64,000 nt of DNA from Eledone cirrhosa (taxonomy: Eukaryota). The notes below the pieces were generated by a model, which was not told where the DNA came from, did not search any database, and saw nothing but the letters and a program-made list of their open reading frames with translations. A program made the translations under genes and the position numbers. This document shows, piece by piece, positions 57,721 through 64,000 of this stretch. The DNA lies in the NCBI GenBank assembly GCA_964016885.1, contig OZ024748.1, positions 19,902,001 through 19,966,000 on the forward strand. Reading direction: 5' to 3'. Every line of letters begins with the position of its first letter. The first letter of the stretch is position 1.

Positions 57721-57898
57721 ATATTGAATAAATTAGATTAAAATTTCCAAACATCTAAGAGCTGCTCAAGATAAGCTGACAAGTCAGATATGGCTCTAGA
57801 GCTGAAACTTGTTGATCCCTAGACTACATAGAATCAAGTATAACATTGGCCAGAAAACAGGATTAAAAGACAGAGAGAGAACATGAATGTAAACTTAC

Positions 57899-58157
57899 CA
57901 TGCTTTTGGTAAAGGGTCGGACAAGGGTAAAGAGCAATCTATAACACCACCAGTTCTTCCCTATGTGAGTACTCATCATGTTTCCAGGATGTACAGCATT
58001 GCAAGTGACTCCTGCTGGTGACATACGTCGGTGGAGTTCATTGGAAAAGAGAACATTACAGAGTTTTGAGTTATTGTAGGCCATCATTTGATAGTATTGG
58101 CTCTGTGGTGGTGAGAGAGTCTCTTCACTGATCGTTTCTATATTCAATGTGGAAAAT
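57899..58157 (-). CDS. WWOX: WWOX exon (equivalent to human exon 8) with catalytic YxxxK
   Basis: [79 protein letters not shown]. Acceptor tttctag, donor gtaagt; phase compatible with both neighbouring exons. Confidence 0.96.
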
Positions 58158-58223
58158 CTAGAAAGAAATGAACATTATCATCAGAATAATATGTCCAATG
58201 GCAATTTCTTTTTCTGTCGTTAA

Positions 58224-58444
58224 CCCTTTAGCATTTACATTACTCTATACTTAATATTGTATTTTCATGGTAAAAGCTTTATCTTACATAACTATCTCAC
58301 ATAATATCGAATCTATGAGATTTTGATATCATTTATTTTGAGAACAATACCTTAACATCAGTATGAGTGGCCAGTTACAGCCAGTTTGAACAGTAAGAGG
58401 TGAGAGAATTCTGGCCGGATATGGCCGGTTTAAATGCTAGAGGG
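58224..58444. mobile_element. piggyBac-type MITE (unexpanded); relatives near 50680-51117 and 59383-59544
   Basis: TTAA|CCCTTTAGCATTTA...TAAATGCTAGAGGG|TTAA. Confidence 0.8.
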
Positions 58445-58667
58445 TTAAGAGTCTTCCTCCTATTTCATAAACTATTTCATAGCATCTCAGTGCATGGGCA
58501 CACCATTCTTTATATTAGATATAGTAAATATAAAAGCTACAGGTATAGGGGTGTGGTTAAGAAGTTTGCTGACTAGTCTCTGGGTTCAAGAATGACTTTT
58601 AACTTACTGGAGACTTTATACAAAACCATGCTTTAAAGAAAGGGAGAGGGAGAGAGAGAGGAGAAAG

Positions 58668-58710
<43 letters not shown>

Positions 58711-58715
58711 AAGAG

Positions 58716-58751
<36 letters not shown>

Positions 58752-58756
58752 AAGAG

Positions 58757-58832
<76 letters not shown>

Positions 58833-58840
58833 GGAAAGAG

Positions 58841-58878
<38 letters not shown>

Positions 58879-58942
58879 AAGAGTATATATATATATATAT
58901 ATAGAAAGAGAGAGAGAGAGAGAGGGGGGGGGGGTAATTTAC

Positions 58943-59128
58943 CTATGTGACTCAGAAGAGACTGTAACCACTCTGGCTGGTTTAGAACTAACCAGTACAG
59001 ATTTCAATAATAATGTCAGATAGAACTGGGCTAAATGGTTGACTTGGAATCCTATTTCGATGTTATCTTCGGTGAGAGTGTGTGGCAGCCCCATCACAGC
59101 AGCATTGAGGACCAAAATATGTAGAGGC
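58943..59128 (-). CDS. WWOX: WWOX exon (equivalent to human exon 7), SDR domain
   Basis: Hand translation [62 protein letters not shown] resembles WWOX (..FQVNHLGHFYL..PARVIVVSSESHR). Acceptor ttttctttag, donor gtaaat, 186 nt. Missing from the ORF track. Confidence 0.95.
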
Positions 59129-61166
59129 CTAAAGAAAAAAACAAAACAACAAATAAACTAACATTTTCTTTAACCCTTTTAATATCAATTTGCCTGAACC
59201 CGTCCCTATTCTAAAAGGTTCCTATTTAAATTACACTCTTCCAACATAAATAGATATTCTCTATTACTTGTTTCAACCGACAGGCTGAGGACATGCTGGG
59301 GCAATAAGAATATTTTGTTAAGTTATATCTTCTAAATAACAAAATATTTAATAATTTTAGCAAGGTGTTCAATAGTCATTCACTCTTTAGCATTTAAAAT
59401 ACTCTATATTTACTATTATATTTTCTATGATATTTTGATGTTATTTATTTCGAGAAGAATACTTTAACATCAGTATGAGCGGCCAGTTACAGCCGGTGAG
59501 AGAATTCTGGCTGCATATAGCTGGTTCAAATGCTAAAGGGTTAAGGAAACAATTAACAAGATCCAGACCTCATTGGCTTACCAAGTGGGGTGAAACTTGT
59601 TAAATCAGACCAAAAAAACAATGTTTCCATTGGTCTTTCCATTGCTGATACTATCTACCAGTAGCAGCTCTTTGCAGAAAGAGTAATGTGAAATAAAGTG
59701 TTTTTCTCAAGGACATAACACATCACCCAGTTCAGGAATTGAACTCGCAGCCTCACAGTTGTGAATACTATTCCCTAACCATGATGAAATAGAGTGTTTT
59801 TTCCATTAGAAATATGATTATGAAAGGGTTAAACCTTTTGCTACCAAGCTGCTTAAAACCACCCATGGTACTACAATACAATTTATCTAAAAACACTTCT
59901 CTCATAATTCTATATATGAACCTTTGATAAATTATGTTCCAAATATTAGCTTAATAAAAATTTTTCATATTACTAAATCCCTTTAAATTCTTGATATCTT
60001 TCAAAATGATTTCAAAATTATAGGCTGTGTCTTTCATTAGAAATATGGTAACGAAAAGATAAAATGTTTATATTTATCTAAAAACCTTCCATCATAATTT
60101 TGTGTAAGAACATTTGGTAAGTTATGTTCCACACACAAACCTAATAATCAGAAATATTACTACATCCCTTCAAATTCTTGATATTTTTCAAACTGATTTA
60201 AGTATCAAAAGAAGAGTATTTCATTAGAAATATGGCAATGAAAGAATTAAAGTGGTTATATTTACCTAAAACCTTTCCAACATAATTTTATTACACATAC
60301 ATTAGACACAAAAGCACACATACATTAGACACAAAAACGCATACACATATACTGGTCACAAACACACACAAACACAAAACATACAGAGACACATACACAT
60401 TAGACACAAACAAATACACACACACAAAACAAAAATAGAAAGACAAACAGAAAACAGATACAAACACATACACAAAACATAGCCAGAAACACACACACAC
60501 ACACATCCATACATTGGAAACAAACACACACACACACACAAACAGAAACCCACACATACATTGGACACAAACACAAACACACACATACATTGGACACAAA
60601 CACAAACACACACATACATTAGACACAAACCCATGCATACTAACATACATACACACATACATTAGACCAAAACACATACACATATACATTAGACACGCAC
60701 ACACACACAAAAAATAGATAGAAACACACACACATACACACACAAAAAACACATACATTGGACACAAACACAAACACGCACATACATTGGACACAAACAC
60801 AAACATACATTAGACACAAACACAAACACACATACATTAGACCAAAACACATACACATGTATATAGACACACACAAAACATAGATACACAAAAACACACA
60901 TACATTGAACACAAACATACATACACACATAGACACATCCATTAGACTCCAACTCAGAGACAGATCAGCAGCAACTGTTTCAATGGAACTTCTCAGTATA
61001 TCACACCACATTTCTGGGATTCTTTGCCAGTCATTATAAGAGCGTCAACTGATTATATAATTTTACATAATATATTTTAATAACATCTTTTCTCTGGAAT
61101 TAATCATTTACACATGTTAGTTTTTCTCTAACAGTCTCTATTACTATATTACTGAGCTTGTAATGG

Positions 61167-61197
<31 letters not shown>

Positions 61198-61340
61198 TGT
61201 AAGTATGTATGTATGTATGTATGTATGTATGTATGTATGTATGTATGTATACGTGAGAAATGAAATGTATGTATGTATACGTGAGAAATGAAATTTCGTT
61301 TCATTCTATTCCATATATATATATAAAGATATATATATAC

Positions 61341-61373
<33 letters not shown>

Positions 61374-61410
61374 CTTTGATAGAACTATTTACTGAATTGT
61401 GTTGAATTTG

Positions 61411-61456
<46 letters not shown>

Positions 61457-61879
61457 CATATATATGCATATATATACATATATATGCATATGTATTTATA
61501 TATATATATCATCATCATCATCATCAACGTTTAACGTCCGTGTTCCACGCTTGCATGGGTTTGGACGGGGGTAGTCCCACTTGAGGCAAGAGTGATTGTC
61601 TTGCTCGCATAGGACTGTCTGGCAGGTTTTCTACAGTTGGATGCCCTTCCTAACACCAACCACATTTACAGTGTGGGTCTGGGAGGTTTTTACCGTGTTG
61701 CCTACACGGCCACATTACAGCGTGGACTGTGTGTTATTTTGTCGTGACACCTACACGATCTCATTTGTTTCGGCCTGGATAGCGCGGCACCAACATAACT
61801 TTACATAGAACGGGGTGGTGTGGATGGGGTGGGGGTGGTGGTGGTGGGACGGGGTGTATTTTGTTAGAGATGCCTACTG

Positions 61880-61913
<34 letters not shown>

Positions 61914-61914
61914 T

Positions 61915-61967
61915 GAGATTCTACAGGACTAGAACTGTTTCATTCTTTAGAAATCATCAGGAATCTC
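61915..61967 (-). ncRNA. Type I hammerhead ribozyme motif (family A)
   Basis: Minus strand gagattc-CTGATGA-tttc taaa gaat-GAA-ACAG ttctagtc CTGT-A-gaatctc; 7 bp stem I, GUA triplet. Confidence 0.82.
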
Positions 61968-62092
61968 CTCTTCATTCTATTTCATATATATATATAAAGA
62001 TATATATATATATACATATACATTATGAAGAGAGAAGAAACATTTAGATATAATTAGTAATAAAATGTATCATACCTAAACTGTTCCTAAAT

Positions 62093-62180
62093 TCCTCGAC
62101 TACGTAGTTTCGTGGCATAAACAAAAACAATATATCAAAGATATAGAGTCCTTGCGAGGTCTGCCGACTTATCAAGAGGA
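62093..62180 (-). ncRNA. Hammerhead motif, U3-A8 core variant (dispersed copy within fragment 62025-62229)
   Basis: Reverse complement of 31414-31501. Confidence 0.75.
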
Positions 62181-62289
62181 TACCTCATTTTACTAGTCTC
62201 AAGAACGCGTCTACACGACGTGAGAAAGATGTATGTATATATATATATACATATATATGATATACAGATGTATGTATATATATATATAC

Positions 62290-62320
<31 letters not shown>

Positions 62321-62357
62321 CTTTGATAGAACTATTTACTGAATTGTGTTGAATTTG

Positions 62358-62411
<54 letters not shown>

Positions 62412-62777
62412 ATATATACATATATGCATATATATATCATCATCATCATCATCATCATTTTACGTCTGCTTTTCCATGCTTGCAAGTGTGGGACAGGAAC
62501 TAATTCTGGCTTGATTTCTACAGCTGGATGCCCTTCGTAACACCAACCTCATTTACAGTGAGTGCTGGGTGCTTTTTTGCCATGGCACCTCCGCGACCAC
62601 TTTACAGTGGAATGATATGGACCCCAGTCCTATCATCTCATTTCTACAGCTGAGTAAACTGGAGCAATGTGAAATAAAGTGTCTTGCTCAAGGAAACAAC
62701 ACATCACCCGGTCTGAGAATTGAACTCACAACCTTTCGATTGCAAGCCCAATGCTCTAACCACTAAGCCATGTTTCA

Positions 62778-63609
62778 TTGCTTCACCATCTTTGTTTGTT
62801 TACACTCTCGCTGTTCCCTTTATTTACGTGTCCCAACGACTTTCTTTAGCCGTTGCTTGCACCAACTGGAGGTATATAGTCTTTAAAGCGAAGAAATACC
62901 GATGATGGTTGGAAGATCACTGATGAAGGACCACTTTATTCATATGTAACCCATTTGCAACCACGCAGCACGTTTCTCATATTTACACCTATTTTTTCCC
63001 CCCGCTGTGACCCGTCTATTTCGTTCTTACTGCTTCCTCTTTCTCTGTATCTTTACCCTCTCTATCAGTCACTCTCTCTGTTAGCCTCTTCCTCACCCTT
63101 CACTCACTCACTCTCTGTTACTACCTCTCCTCCTCCTCCTTCCTGTTTGACCTGTGCGTAATTCTTTTCTTTCGCACGCTTGGCCATGCCGGTTCGCCTT
63201 TTTTCTCTCTCTCGTCTACGATTTCACAGAACTTATGTTCACCGAATTCACGGACTAGACCCCTTCTTCCTCCCGTTAGACCTGTGCGGAATTCCTTCCT
63301 TGCTCACATTTCAACCAGGTTTGATGGTCTTTATTCTCTCTCGTTCACGATTTCACCAAACTTATATTCATGGAAATTTGGGACTTGACTCGTTCTTCCT
63401 CACTTTTCGTTGCTTCACCATCTTTGTTTGTTTACACTCTCGCTGTTCCCTTTATTTACGTGTCCCAATGACTTTCTTTAGCCATTGCTCGCACCAACCG
63501 GAGGTATATGGTCTTTAAAGCGAAGAAATACCGATGATGGTTGGAAAATCACTGATGAAGGACCACTTTATTCATATGTAACCCATTTGTAACCACGCAG
63601 CACGTTTAT

Positions 63610-63615
<6 letters not shown>
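62778..63615 (+). repeat. Partial tandem of a 632 bp unit (family E); solo fragment 12922-13020
   Basis: 62778-62980 repeats at 63410-63615. Confidence 0.8.
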
Positions 63616-63681
<66 letters not shown>

Positions 63682-64000
63682 ATATATATGCATACATACA
63701 AGCATGCATGTGTACATACATACATAAACACATAAAATACATGCATACATAGATACATACACACATAACACATATAGATACATAGATACATACACACATA
63801 ACATACATAAATACATACATACAAATTTAGTATAAATTTACAATCAACATTTACAACATGCTAGAAATAGTAGCTAAATCTGCTCTAAACCACACCCAGC
63901 AGTTTTTAAAGGTTATACTAATTGATTGAGAGAGAAAGTGGACTTCATATGAACTAGATGTACATTGGATAATATATTCCTGCGTATATTCCTGTAAAGT

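Noticed and set aside
60940-61050. Possible WWOX exon 6 (IETVAADLSLSWSL)
   Set aside because: Only faint similarity, no polypyrimidine acceptor or suitable donor; upstream exons probably lie beyond the window.

Overview
Eukaryotic, AT-rich, microsatellite-saturated DNA, most likely from an octopod cephalopod (inferred from the SINE families and repeat landscape). Almost all ORFs in the track are translations of (TA)n/(CA)n/(GA)n/(GGT)n repeats. Real coding content: (1) the last three coding exons of WWOX on the minus strand (59128-58943, 58157-57899, 45854-45672); (2) a near full-length L1/Tx1-clade LINE (20233-25948) inside a (TATC)n microsatellite, with one ORF2 frameshift; (3) a 5'-truncated Penelope-like (GIY-YIG) element; (4) RTE-type LINE scraps. 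Also many tRNA-derived SINEs, several MITEs and minisatellites. The most striking unannotated signal is about two dozen type I hammerhead ribozyme (HHR) motifs, found by eye, in roughly ten unrelated non-coding repeat families lodged mostly in (TA)n tracts. They show stem covariation, U3-A8 and C4 core variants, palindromic stem III, ~590-630 bp tandem units and fold-back inversions anchored on the ribozyme helices. This suggests a diverse Penelope-pLTR/retrozyme-like system. No folding or database search was run.
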